Shown piece after piece: positions 23,054 through 33,235 of a stretch of DNA of 64,000 bases. The translations under genes were made by a program, and so were the position numbers. The stretch's first letter is position 1. Every line of letters starts with the position of its first letter. Location: assembly GCA_963708135.1 (NCBI GenBank), contig OY970192.1, positions 672,001 through 736,000 of the forward strand, written 5' to 3'. The DNA is from an uncultured Gemmatimonadales bacterium (GTDB lineage: Bacteria; Gemmatimonadota; Gemmatimonadetes; Longimicrobiales; RSA9). Under the pieces are notes generated by a model. It was not told where the DNA came from and made no database searches. It saw only the letters and a list, made by a program, of their open reading frames with translations.

Positions 23054-24043
23054 ATGACGGAGCCATTGATCGATATCGCGGTGGTGGGGGCGGGACCGTG
23101 CGGGCTCGGCGTCGGCGTGGCCGCGCGGCAGGCCGGCCTCTCGTGCGTGCTCTTCGACCGGGCGGAGGTGACCTCCGCGATCGGGCGCTACCCGACCCAC
23201 ATGACGTTCTTCAGCACGTCCGAGAAGCTCGAGCTGGGGGGCGTGCCCTTCATCGTGGCGGGCGACAAGCCGACGCGCCGGGATGCGTTGCGCTACTACC
23301 GGCGCGTGGCGGACGTGTTCGAGCTGGACGTGCACCAGTACGAGGAGGTCACCGAGGCCGCGCGCGAAGGCGACGTCTTCCGCCTGCGCACCCGGCGCGC
23401 CGATGGCGACACGGCGGTCTACGCCGCGCGCGCCCTCGTCGTCGCCACCGGCTACCTCGACACGCCCCGCCTCATGGAGATCCCGGGCGAGGAGCTGCCG
23501 AAGGTGCTGCACTACTACAAGGAGGGACACCCGTTCTTCCACCAGCGGTGCGCGGTGGTCGGTGCCGGCAACTCGAGCGTGGACGTCGCCCTCGACCTGC
23601 ACCGCTGGGGCGCGGACGTGACGCTCATCCATTTCGCGGACGAGCTCGATCCCGGCGTCAAGCCGTGGATCCTGCCCGACATCACGAACCGGCTGAAGAA
23701 CGGCGACATCGGCGTGCGCTGGAGCACCCGTGTGGTCGAGGTGCGGCCGGACACGCTGCTGCTCCGCCACGAGCAGTCGGGCGAGGTCGAGGAGCTCGAC
23801 AACGACTGGCTCTTCGCCATGACCGGCTACATCCCCGATCCGACGCTGCTCCTCTCGCTGGGCGCCTCGATCAATCCCCTGACCGGCATCCCGCACCACG
23901 ATCCCGCGACGATGGAGACCGACGCGCCCGGCGTCTTCATCGCCGGTGTCATCGCCGCCGGCTACGACGCCAACAAGATCTTCATCGAGAACGGCCGGCA
24001 TCATGGGCCGGCCATCGTGGAGGCGCTGAGGGCGCCGCGCTAG
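23054..24043 (+). CDS. ypdA: YpdA family putative bacillithiol disulfide reductase
   Basis: GAGPCG, YPTHMTFFSTSEKLE, HYYKEGHPF, IFIENGRHH; GAGG RBS before ATG 23054. Confidence 0.88.
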   Translation: MTEPLIDIAVVGAGPCGLGVGVAARQAGLSCVLFDRAEVTSAIGRYPTHMTFFSTSEKLELGGVPFIVAGDKPTRRDALRYYRRVADVFELDVHQYEEVTEAAREGDVFRLRTRRADGDTAVYAARALVVATGYLDTPRLMEIPGEELPKVLHYYKEGHPFFHQRCAVVGAGNSSVDVALDLHRWGADVTLIHFADELDPGVKPWILPDITNRLKNGDIGVRWSTRVVEVRPDTLLLRHEQSGEVEELDNDWLFAMTGYIPDPTLLLSLGASINPLTGIPHHDPATMETDAPGVFIAGVIAAGYDANKIFIENGRHHGPAIVEALRAPR

Positions 24044-24189
24044 GCCGCGCTCGCCGGCGCCTCGCCCGCCTTTTCGCGCGCGACCGGCTCGCCGGCGTGC
24101 CTCGTTCACGGGCGCGGTCGGCCGTCGGTTGCCCACGTCTGCCACCCGGCATAGAATCCGGCGGAGCATTCCCGAGGAGGAGGCGAATC

Positions 24190-25773
24190 ATGGTCAGCGA
24201 GTTCCGGAACGAGCCGCTCACGGACTGGAGCGAGCCCGAGAACGTGAAGAAGATGGAGGCGGCGCTCGAGAAGGTGCGGGGGCAGCTCGGGCGCACCTAC
24301 CCGCTGGTGATCGGCGGCAAGGACGTGCGGGCGGACGAAGCCTTCGCGTCGGTGAACCCGGCGCACCCGGACCAGGTGGTCGGTCGCTTCCAGAAGGGGA
24401 CGGTCGGGCACGCCACGCGCGCGCTCGATGCGGCGGAGGCGGCGTTCGGGGAGTGGAGCCACACGCCGGCGGAGGATCGCGCGGGGATCGTGTTCCGCGT
24501 GGCGTCGCTGCTCCGGGAGCGGAAGCTCGAGCTGGCGGCATGGATGGTCTACGAGGTCAGCAAGAGCTGGACGGAGGCGGACGCGGACGTCGCCGAGCTC
24601 ATCGACTTCGCGGAGTACTACGCGCGCCAGATGCTGCAGCTGGCCGGGCCCCAGCCGATCGTCCCGTACCCGAACGAGAACAACTCGCTGGTCTACCTGC
24701 CGCTGGGCGTCGGGGCCGTGATCCCGCCGTGGAACTTCCCCTCCGCCATCACGGGCGGGATGACGCTGGCCGCCGTCGTGGCCGGCAACACGGTGGTGCT
24801 GAAGCCGGCCTCGACCGCGCCCGCCATCGCCGCGCAGTTCATGGCGATCCTCGGCGAGGCGGGCGTGCCGGATGGGGTGGTCAACCTGCTCACCGGCCCC
24901 GGCGGCTCGATCGGCGACGCGCTCGTGGACAGCCCGAAGACGCGCTTCATCGCCTTCACGGGCTCGAAGGAGGTGGGGCTCAGGATCTTCGAGCGCGCCT
25001 CCAGGGTCCAGCCCGGGCAGCACTGGCTGAAGCGGACGATCCTCGAGATGGGCGGGAAGGACGCGATCGTCGTCGACGAGACGGCGGACCTCGACGCGGC
25101 TGCCGAGGGCATCGTCGCCGCCGCCTACGGCTTCCAGGGCCAGAAGTGCTCGGCCTGCTCGCGCGCGATCGTCGTGGACGAGGTCTACGACACCGTGCTC
25201 CACGGCGTCATCGCCCGCGCCCGCAAGCTCACCGTGGGCGACCCGACCGACCGCTCCACCTTCATGGGCGCCGTGATCGACGACAAGGCGCTCAAGAAGA
25301 TCCAGGGCTACATCGAGGTCGGCAGGTCCGAGGGCGAGCTCGTGCTCGGCGGCGAGGCCGCCTCCGGCGACGAGGGCTATTTCGTGCCGCCCACGATCTT
25401 CTCCGGCATCGCGCCCGACGCCCGCCTCGCCCAGGAGGAGGTCTTCGGCCCCGTGCTCGCCTTCATCCGCGCGAAGGACTTCGACGACGCGCTCGAGATC
25501 GCCAACGGCACCGAGTTCGGCCTCACGGGCGCGCTCTTCTCCAGGGACAACGACCGGATCGAGCGCGCCCGCGCCGACTTCCACGTCGGCAACCTCTACA
25601 TCAACCGCAAGTGCACCGGCGCGCTCGTGGGCGTGCAGCCCTTCGGCGGCTTCAACATGAGCGGGACGGACTCGAAGGCCGGCGGCCCCGACTACCTGCT
25701 GCTGTTCACGCAGGCCAAGTCGATCGCGGAGCGGGTGGTGAAGAGCGCCGAGCCGCCGACAAGGCCGGTCTGA
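24190..25773 (+). CDS. pruA: 1-pyrroline-5-carboxylate (glutamate-semialdehyde) dehydrogenase
   Basis: FRNEPLTD, PPWNFP, EMGGKD, GQKCSACSR, KAGGPDYL. Confidence 0.95.
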   Translation: MVSEFRNEPLTDWSEPENVKKMEAALEKVRGQLGRTYPLVIGGKDVRADEAFASVNPAHPDQVVGRFQKGTVGHATRALDAAEAAFGEWSHTPAEDRAGIVFRVASLLRERKLELAAWMVYEVSKSWTEADADVAELIDFAEYYARQMLQLAGPQPIVPYPNENNSLVYLPLGVGAVIPPWNFPSAITGGMTLAAVVAGNTVVLKPASTAPAIAAQFMAILGEAGVPDGVVNLLTGPGGSIGDALVDSPKTRFIAFTGSKEVGLRIFERASRVQPGQHWLKRTILEMGGKDAIVVDETADLDAAAEGIVAAAYGFQGQKCSACSRAIVVDEVYDTVLHGVIARARKLTVGDPTDRSTFMGAVIDDKALKKIQGYIEVGRSEGELVLGGEAASGDEGYFVPPTIFSGIAPDARLAQEEVFGPVLAFIRAKDFDDALEIANGTEFGLTGALFSRDNDRIERARADFHVGNLYINRKCTGALVGVQPFGGFNMSGTDSKAGGPDYLLLFTQAKSIAERVVKSAEPPTRPV

Positions 25774-25780
25774 GGCAGGC

Positions 25781-25808
25781 GGCCGGGGATCGCATTGCGG
25801 CCCCGGCC
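25781..25808. terminator. GC-rich hairpin between converging pruA and island genes
   Basis: GGCCGGGG...CCCCGGCC inverted repeat; no U-tract. Confidence 0.4.
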
Positions 25809-25894
25809 ACCCGCCCGTCGGCACCAGCAGCGGCCATGGTCGGCGAACGCGGAAGTACTGAGCCGCCGGCAACTCCTCCTGGAGATGCTGGCGC

Positions 25895-26845
25895 TTAGAA
25901 CCCACTGATGACCGTCAAGTACAGCCCAACCGACTTCGAAATCTTTCCCGTGGGAGAGCTGATCGTGAGCCTCGATCCTCCGCTCGAGGACCGCCCGAAG
26001 CCGAGGACGATGCCGAAGGACTGCGCCTTCTCCTCAGGGAGGAATGCCGAAAGCCGATCGCGCCAGGGTGGCGCTCCCGATCCCCACCAGGTGCCGCCGA
26101 CGGCAAAGCCGGAGGCCAGGTACACCAGTGCGCCGATTTGAGGTGTCAGGCCGGAATAGGTGTCCACGGTGCCGGATACACTCGTTGACCTAATATTCTT
26201 CTCGAGGTTGAGCGCGGCGTCCACCAGCAGCCGCGGTGAGTGGTAGCTGCCCATTGCGACGACGGAGAAGCTGGACTGGAGATTGGCGCCAACGGGAAGT
26301 GAGGAGCTCCCGCCGAGGACGCCGCCGTGGAGCAGGGAATCGCCTCGGGTCTGAAAGGCGTAACCCGGCTGGAGTGAGGGACGGTAGCTCACGCCGATCG
26401 CGGTCTCGAAGCCGTCGCCCTGCGGGCTCAGGTACGAGATCGGGCTGAACTTGGCGCCGATGGCCAGACCGTAAAGCGCCGCGCCGCGGTACGAGGTGGC
26501 GGTGCTGTCCGGCTCGGCCGGCGGCGTGGCGGCGACGGGCTGCTTCAGGAGCGACGCCTCGCCGAGCCGCAGATCGTAGCCTAGCTCCCAGCTTCGGTGG
26601 ACCCGATAGCTCTGGCCGAAATCAAGGCCGAACCGCGCCGCAGTAAGCCTGCCTCCGGACCGGGCGAACCGGAAGGCGCTCAGGTCCAGCCCCGTGCGCG
26701 TCTGGTGCTCCGAGAAGAACGGAACACCTGCCCGAGGCACGCCGGCCAGATCCGCCGTGAACTGCGCCCGCGCCGTACGGGGCGAAGCGACAATCCAGAG
26801 TCCCACCAGGATCAGGACGAGGAAGTGATTGGCTGCGTGCCTCAT
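25895..26845 (-). CDS. Putative outer-membrane beta-barrel protein
   Basis: Signal peptide ending ARA-Q; alternating amphipathic strands; C-terminal Phe. Confidence 0.65.
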   Translation of the reverse strand: MRHAANHFLVLILVGLWIVASPRTARAQFTADLAGVPRAGVPFFSEHQTRTGLDLSAFRFARSGGRLTAARFGLDFGQSYRVHRSWELGYDLRLGEASLLKQPVAATPPAEPDSTATSYRGAALYGLAIGAKFSPISYLSPQGDGFETAIGVSYRPSLQPGYAFQTRGDSLLHGGVLGGSSSLPVGANLQSSFSVVAMGSYHSPRLLVDAALNLEKNIRSTSVSGTVDTYSGLTPQIGALVYLASGFAVGGTWWGSGAPPWRDRLSAFLPEEKAQSFGIVLGFGRSSSGGSRLTISSPTGKISKSVGLYLTVISGF

Positions 26846-29065
26846 GGCCGGACCTCCGGGATCTGCTGCGCGAGCGGCACCCAGGAGAAATCTGTCAGCG
26901 GGGTAGCCGGTGAAATGGCGACAGCCTTCATGATCTGGCCATCGGATACTCTCACTACTGTGATTTGGTCTGGTTGAGAGGCCAGCGTGAATGCGACCAC
27001 CCCTCTTTCGGGCGAAGCAGCGTAATGAGCAATGCGGTTCGCCTTTCCGAGCGCGAGGACGGTACGGACGCGCGGCGCGCGCGGATTTTCGTCATCTGAC
27101 CTCCACAAGCGACTCCCCGCTTGCACGGTTGTCTCGGATCACGAACAGCCTGTGCGGGCCTGCGAATCGCGGCGCGCGCACCGTGGAGAGCGAGTCAAGC
27201 CTCACCCGCCGGGGATCGCTACCGTCCGCTAGCGTCACATAGATAGAGCCGGCCTCCCGGCTCCGGCCGATCTGGTAGGCGAGCCGAGGCTCGGTCCGCG
27301 CGGTCTGGAGCTGGCGGTAGACCCCGCGCCCGTGGGTGATTTGACGCAGGTCTTCGCCTTCGACCGCAACGGAGTAGATCTCATACGCACCGTTGCGACT
27401 GCTCACATAGAAGACACGGTTGCCATCCGCCGACCAGGTCGGAGAATGCTGCTGATACAGGTGCAGCCCCAGCATGCCGGTCCGTTCCGGCGTGAGCCGC
27501 CGTACGTTCGAGCCATCGAGATCGCAGACGAAGATCCGTGGTCGTCCAGTTCTGTTCGATACGAATGCGATACGGGAGCCATCAGGCGCCAGCATGGGGG
27601 ACCAAGCCGGAGTGTCGGCCGGGCCGATCCGGACCGCCTTCCCGTTCCGGAGAGACACGGTCGCGAGCCTGGGGCCGTGAGTCGTCTGAACGGACCCGAC
27701 TAGATCGCCGAGCGCGTAGAAGGCGACGGTATCCTCGTCCACCCCATTGGAATAGCGCAGGATTCCCCGGCCGATTGCCCGCGCTTGGACCGAGTTGGTG
27801 TTTGCCTGCAGGATGGCCGGTGTGAGGCTCGCCAGGTGAAGGTGCTGGACATGTCCAGGGGACTTGCCATCCCGCCGGACGTACTCACCTACTATGGGCA
27901 CGGTGTCGCCCAGAACCAGCGTGCGCGTGCGCAGTCTCAATCGGAGCTGCGGCGCGTCGACGCTGACGTGCCACACTCGCTGCTGACCCGCCTCCGAGGC
28001 CCGCAACCAGGTCGAGCCGCGTCCAGCCGCTCGGATCACGCCTTCGGCGAGTAGTGTAATGACAGCCGTGTCGCCGACGGAAATCCGCGGGATTACGCCG
28101 GACACCCAGTCGCCTCCCATGACTTGGAGGGATGCAGTTAGCGTGAGCGAATCGCCGCTCGTCAGCTGGAGGATGGAATCGGCGGGATAGAAGCGGGCGG
28201 CCTCGGCCCGCGGGTAGACGCGGGCAGGCAGCGTGATCTGCCGTCCGAGGACGGAAGCCGTGAAAATAGCGCGTCCTGACCGGCCCGTCGAAAGGAGCCC
28301 TGTCGAGTCGAGGCGCGCCACGGAGGGGTCGGACGAGGCCCACCGGATCGGGCGCTCCATGCGCGTCCCATCGATCGACATCAGGCTGATCGCTACCGGC
28401 TGCGAGGTTCCCGCGAACGCGATCACCGAGTCGGGCTTCTGCACCGTGGCATCGACCACGGAGATCACCATGGCCGCGACCAGCCCGTCGGATACGGCTG
28501 CCGTGATCGTGGCGCGGCCCGGCTCGATGGCAATCGCGCGTCCGGCTGCGCCGACGCGGACCACGGCGGTATCAGAGCTGATCCACCGGGCGGTCACCTG
28601 CTGAAGCACGCTGCCCGCGGAGTCGAGCCGGAGCGCGCGAAGCGGGAGCGCATCTCCCCGAAGCAGCTGCGCGTCTCCCGGTTCCACCTTCAGCGAGCCG
28701 TGGGCTGCCTGAGCATCGTAAACCACCACCCGATCCCCGAGCTGAAGCTCCGCGCCGTTCTTGATCGAGATCACGCGAGCCCGGGCGAAGCGGCCCGCCG
28801 CCCGACCTAGCGCCAGCTCGGCCTTCGGCAGCCAGGTTCGCGTGTCGTTGTCGAAATCTACGACATAGACCAGAATCCCCGTGCGGACAGTAGCGTCGGA
28901 CGTGAGGACGACCCGCACTGAATCGTGTCCCTGCACAGCCTCGATGGTGCCGACGGGTGTCTGGGCAAGTGCGTTCGCCCCATGCAGAGCCAAACCGGAA
29001 AAGAGGAGGACCAGAGCCGCTCGGAGACCGGCAGGGGAACAGGGCGGAGTATGGCGCAACATCAT
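26842..29065 (-). CDS. Secreted Ig-like (Big_2) + TolB/PD40 beta-propeller protein, apparent frameshift near 27097
   Basis: Signal peptide; WxSSD Ig repeats; PDGSRIAFVS and WSADGNRVFYVS repeats. The last blade continues in ORF 26842-27126, which overlaps the next ATG (ATGA). Confidence 0.78.
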
Positions 29066-29072
29066 GGTGACC

Positions 29073-30683
29073 TCAGACGTGAAGGACTAGGCGGTCGAGC
29101 GCCGCAATGAGCTCCCGGCTGCTCTCATAACGGGCGGAGATATCCTTGCTGAGTAGCCGGTAGACGATGCCTGCAATATCAGGGGGCACCGTTGCCGGAA
29201 GCGGAGGCACCGGATTGATCTCGTGCATCCGCATGACCGCCAACGGATTCCTATCGGTGAACGGCGTGCGGCCGGTAAGCAGGACGTAGAAGATGATCCC
29301 GAGGGAATACAGATCTGATCCGTGCCCGATGGACCCACCGCGGCACTGCTCAGGTGCCATGTAGGCCGGCTTTCCGAAGATCGAGCCATCCAGCGTATGC
29401 ACGCTCGTGAACTCGTGACGTGCCACGCCGAAGTCGATTAGCCGGATCTCGGGGGCCGCACCCCCGCCCAGCACGATGATGTTGTCCGGCGTGAGGTCCC
29501 GGTGGAGTACGCCGCACGAATGCGCGGCATGCAGGCCGCGCGCGATCTCCCGCACGAGCACGTGGGCGTGGTCCGGAGACAGCCGCCCGCCTTGACTGCG
29601 GACGTACTCCAGGAGATTCGGCCCTTCGAGGAACTCCATCGCGATGAAAGGGCGTCCATCGCGCATGTCGTCCTCACGCCCATAGCGCAGCACCCGGACG
29701 ACGGGTGCCTCCGGGAACCGTTGGTTGATCTTACGGACAATGCGACCTTCACGGAGGTACTTCAGGAGCAGATCGCGATCCTGCATCAGCTCCGAATTCA
29801 TCAGCTTCAAGGCGACGGGCTGGCTACCGTCCATGGCGCGGTAGATCGTCGCCATACCGCCGCGGCCGACGACGCTGACGATCGAGTACCGGTCGAACCG
29901 TCCCGTAATCCGGTCGGCATCGAAGACTACGGGCTGAGGATTGTCCCGTGCGCGTGCCGCGATCTTCCAGGCCGCGAGCAGCAGGAGCACCGAAAGCAGC
30001 GGAGCCACGACGCTGAGCAGGCTGACCGGCGGAGGCTGAACCGGCTCCACCGTGGCCGCAACGCGCGACTGAAGGACGAGATCCCCACTGTCGGACAGGG
30101 CTCCGCCGGCAGGAAGCGGCAGGCTGCCAGAGTCCGTTGGCGGCGGGGACCGCTGCTCGGGAAGCGCGAGACTGATGGAGGTTGTGCTTCCAGCCTTCAC
30201 TCCCACATCGGACCGCCTGGCACTGCCGCCGTTGGCTGTCACCGTGATGTCGTAGCTTCCGGCAGGTAACGATGCGAACGCCGCTCGACCACCGCTCCCT
30301 GCCCTGGAGCGGCGCCCGCCGGAAAGACGAACCGTCGCCCCTTCTCGCGTCACGACTACCAGTCTCCCGGTCGTGGGTGCCGGGGCGGTGACCGGCAGGA
30401 CGAGCGTGCTGCCGTATTTCTCGACACGCAGCGAGCGCTCGAACACCTCGCCCCGTGGAGTGGTGACCCTGACCGTCGTCAGGAATGGCGGAACGATGAA
30501 CGCGACCCGTCCGGATGCGTTGGTGAGCCCATGCAGACCCTGATCGGGGATTTCCACGCGTACATTGGCGAGCGGGGGCTCCGTCCTCACCACCAGCTTG
30601 GCTTCCTGGGCGCTGCCGGGCCGGCAGGCGAACGGCGCCAGAGACACCGCGAGCGCGGCGACAACGGCGCCAGCCGTCCTCAC
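29073..30683 (-). CDS. Ser/Thr protein kinase with N-terminal signal peptide, beta-sandwich ectodomain and TM
   Basis: GRGGMATIY, VALK, HRDLTPDN, DFG, YMAPE, DLYSLG at the C-terminus; GTGA overlap with the PP2C gene. Confidence 0.92.
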   Translation of the reverse strand: MRTAGAVVAALAVSLAPFACRPGSAQEAKLVVRTEPPLANVRVEIPDQGLHGLTNASGRVAFIVPPFLTTVRVTTPRGEVFERSLRVEKYGSTLVLPVTAPAPTTGRLVVVTREGATVRLSGGRRSRAGSGGRAAFASLPAGSYDITVTANGGSARRSDVGVKAGSTTSISLALPEQRSPPPTDSGSLPLPAGGALSDSGDLVLQSRVAATVEPVQPPPVSLLSVVAPLLSVLLLLAAWKIAARARDNPQPVVFDADRITGRFDRYSIVSVVGRGGMATIYRAMDGSQPVALKLMNSELMQDRDLLLKYLREGRIVRKINQRFPEAPVVRVLRYGREDDMRDGRPFIAMEFLEGPNLLEYVRSQGGRLSPDHAHVLVREIARGLHAAHSCGVLHRDLTPDNIIVLGGGAAPEIRLIDFGVARHEFTSVHTLDGSIFGKPAYMAPEQCRGGSIGHGSDLYSLGIIFYVLLTGRTPFTDRNPLAVMRMHEINPVPPLPATVPPDIAGIVYRLLSKDISARYESSRELIAALDRLVLHV

Positions 30684-31900
30684 CAACCCCTCCGCCGGCC
30701 GGGCGTCAATCGAATGCTATCGGGGGTTTCGGGCCCGACCACGAAGGATACAGTGGCGCCGGCGGGAAAACGCCGCAGATGGAGTACTTCACCCGATCGA
30801 GCCTCGATCGCCAGCGGGGTACCGGGACCCACCCACCCGATCTCACGGCCGCGAATCGTAACTCGCGCAGAGTCTGTCGGGCCTGCAAAAATCCAGAGAG
30901 TCCGGGACGGCGTCAGCGTCGCGGCAGGGAGATCGACGCTCTCCCTGGTCGGCGCGCTGCCGTGGGAGCGGGATCCAGGCACCCGGGTCAGCGCCTTAGC
31001 TCCCCAGTAGGCGAGGCCGGCTATCGTCACGAGCGCAGCGGCCAACGCGGCCAGGACTGCACGCCTTCTCGCGGTTGAGCGCAGTGGCCTTAACCGGATC
31101 GTCCGCTCTGCCGCCGCGGCCTGCACAGGAAGGAGGGCATCGGGCGAGCGGCGGAGCTTTCCCAACTCGAGGAGCACCACACTCGCGTTGTCGTTCGTAC
31201 CTGCGGCTAGGGCACTGGCGACGATGCCTTCCGCAGACTTCTCGAGACTCTCGGAATTGCGGACGACGGCGTCGATCTCGGCATTGTCAAGTACATTCCA
31301 GACGCCGTCGCTGCACACCACATAGACCGCCCCGCTGGGGACTGGGTAACTGGCAATGTCGGGCGCGGCCGTCGGGTCGGTCCCCAGAGCACGCGTCAGC
31401 GCATGAGCATACGGGTGATCGGCAGCGAGTCCGGGAGCCAACAGACCGCGGCGGACCGCGTCCGCTGTGACGGAATGGTCTTCCGTCAGGCGCTCGATCC
31501 CGGTGGGACCGATGCAGTAGCACCGGCTGTCGCCAATGTTTGCGATGACCACCTCCGATCGCGTCGCGAGTACGGCCGCGAGCGTCGTTCCCATCCCGCG
31601 GAGGCCGGGCGCCTCGGCCTGCCTGCGAATTCGGTCATTGATCTCGTCGATCACACCGGCGAGCCAATCGGAGTCGAGGGTGCGGGCCGCACCCTTGAGC
31701 TCCAGGCGGCGCCGCAACCCGTCTGCGGCGAGCTGACTGGCTACGGCGCCGCCCGCCTGTCCGCCCATGCCGTCGGCCACCGCGGCGAAAGCGACCTCGC
31801 CGGTGGAAGACATCGAGGTGATCACCCGGTCCTCGTTGTGATCCCGTGGACCGTTCGCGGAGGCCGCGGCCGATGTCGCAACCGCTCCGTTTGCCTGCAT
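30680..31900 (-). CDS. PP2C/PPM family Ser/Thr phosphatase with TM and small C-terminal ectodomain
   Basis: RDHNED, VADGMGG, NIGDSR, CSDG and DN motifs. Confidence 0.92.
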   Translation of the reverse strand: MQANGAVATSAAASANGPRDHNEDRVITSMSSTGEVAFAAVADGMGGQAGGAVASQLAADGLRRRLELKGAARTLDSDWLAGVIDEINDRIRRQAEAPGLRGMGTTLAAVLATRSEVVIANIGDSRCYCIGPTGIERLTEDHSVTADAVRRGLLAPGLAADHPYAHALTRALGTDPTAAPDIASYPVPSGAVYVVCSDGVWNVLDNAEIDAVVRNSESLEKSAEGIVASALAAGTNDNASVVLLELGKLRRSPDALLPVQAAAAERTIRLRPLRSTARRRAVLAALAAALVTIAGLAYWGAKALTRVPGSRSHGSAPTRESVDLPAATLTPSRTLWIFAGPTDSARVTIRGREIGWVGPGTPLAIEARSGEVLHLRRFPAGATVSFVVGPETPDSIRLTPGRRRGW

Positions 31901-31913
31901 GTGCTGTAGGCGA

Positions 31914-33068
31914 TCAGGCGTTATGGAAGACGAAGCTCGCTTCGCCCATCTCCAGCGTGTCCCCATCGCTCAGCGATGTCCATCCGGAGGTGGTCCTGCC
32001 GTTAACGCGTGTGGGGTTCGTCTGCGACTCATTCATAATCTCGTACTTCCCGTCGCTGATGCGGACGCGCGCCTGAACGCGCGAGACGCTCGGGACTTTG
32101 AGTTGGATATGCCGATACGGCTGCCCCTCCTGCCGCCCGAATGTCACTTCCGTCCTACCCTCCTCGCCAGGCATGGCGAACAACCGGATCGTATTCCTTT
32201 CCGGACCATCAACATCGAACTGGCCGCGCAGCATCTTCACGGTTCCCGGAGGGGGGGTGAAGAAACGAACCGTCCGGTCCTCCACGACCTGGCCAACCGG
32301 AACGCCAGCCCGGATGGCAGCGCCGTCGCCAGTCGGGCCCGGTCCCGGCTCCGGAGCCTGCGCCGCCGCGCCCGGAGCCGACCGGTGCGGAAGGCCCAGG
32401 AACTCCGGGGCCGGCTTGGCCCGCCGCGACGACCATAGGAATGTTCCGGCCAGGACGAAGGCACTCGCGGTAATGAGCCAGTACCAGGGGCGGCTCCAGG
32501 GCGCGGGGTGATGCGGCGCCTCCTTACTGGCACTGCCGTTCGGTCCCGCGCCAGATACGGGACTGGAGCTGCCATTGCTTGAACCAGCGCTCCCGACCCC
32601 CGTGAGCGCACCACGATCCATAATGCCCGTACGTGCTTCAGTCTTTCCGTATGTTAGCGCGGTCCTGTAGGGATCCACCTCGCGCGTATCCTCGACGAGG
32701 TAGGGCTGGCCCGCGAGCAGCGAAACCCCGCCCTTGATCCGGTACACGACTTGGAGATCCGGCAACTGGCCGCTGGTCCGCACGAGGATTGCGTCACCCC
32801 AGGCGTCGCGGAAATAGAAGAACCTCGTATTTTTCGCCTGCGGATTCGGGTTGGTCGCATAGCGCTCGACGACCCCCTGCACCAAAACCTGTCTGTTCTC
32901 CCAGACCCTGGGGCTCATCCTCACGTCCTTGATGACTTCCGGCAGGAGCTTTTGCGCAGCTGCGGTGTCCTGAGGCGCCGGTTGCTGGGGCTCCTGGGCT
33001 GTCAACGTTCCTGTCAGCGCCAACCCGACCACCAGTGCGACGACTGGTGCGACCGTCCTCGTTCTCAT
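31914..33068 (-). CDS. Membrane protein: signal peptide + OB-fold-like ectodomain + TM + C-terminal FHA
   Basis: FGRQ..VSRVQA..TNPTRVNG..LSDGDTL FHA pattern; TM WYWLITASAFVLAGTFLW; GGAGG RBS. Confidence 0.85.
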   Translation of the reverse strand: MRTRTVAPVVALVVGLALTGTLTAQEPQQPAPQDTAAAQKLLPEVIKDVRMSPRVWENRQVLVQGVVERYATNPNPQAKNTRFFYFRDAWGDAILVRTSGQLPDLQVVYRIKGGVSLLAGQPYLVEDTREVDPYRTALTYGKTEARTGIMDRGALTGVGSAGSSNGSSSPVSGAGPNGSASKEAPHHPAPWSRPWYWLITASAFVLAGTFLWSSRRAKPAPEFLGLPHRSAPGAAAQAPEPGPGPTGDGAAIRAGVPVGQVVEDRTVRFFTPPPGTVKMLRGQFDVDGPERNTIRLFAMPGEEGRTEVTFGRQEGQPYRHIQLKVPSVSRVQARVRISDGKYEIMNESQTNPTRVNGRTTSGWTSLSDGDTLEMGEASFVFHNA

Positions 33069-33235
33069 CTCGGCCTCCCGCGTGAGTAGCGTTCTTGAAC
33101 TCCACCCGTTCTGTGCACCGCTCAGGGTTGTTCTCTTCAACGAATCGAGAGCAGCCGCCGCGCAGCGCCGTCAGCGTAGCACGAGGATAACGGGAGCGGT
33201 GTCACGCTGACGTCAAGTGCATACATATGAGCGGA

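Noticed and set aside
25895..33068. Type VI secretion cluster
   Set aside because: No recognisable hcp, vgrG, tssB/C/M or clpV in the window
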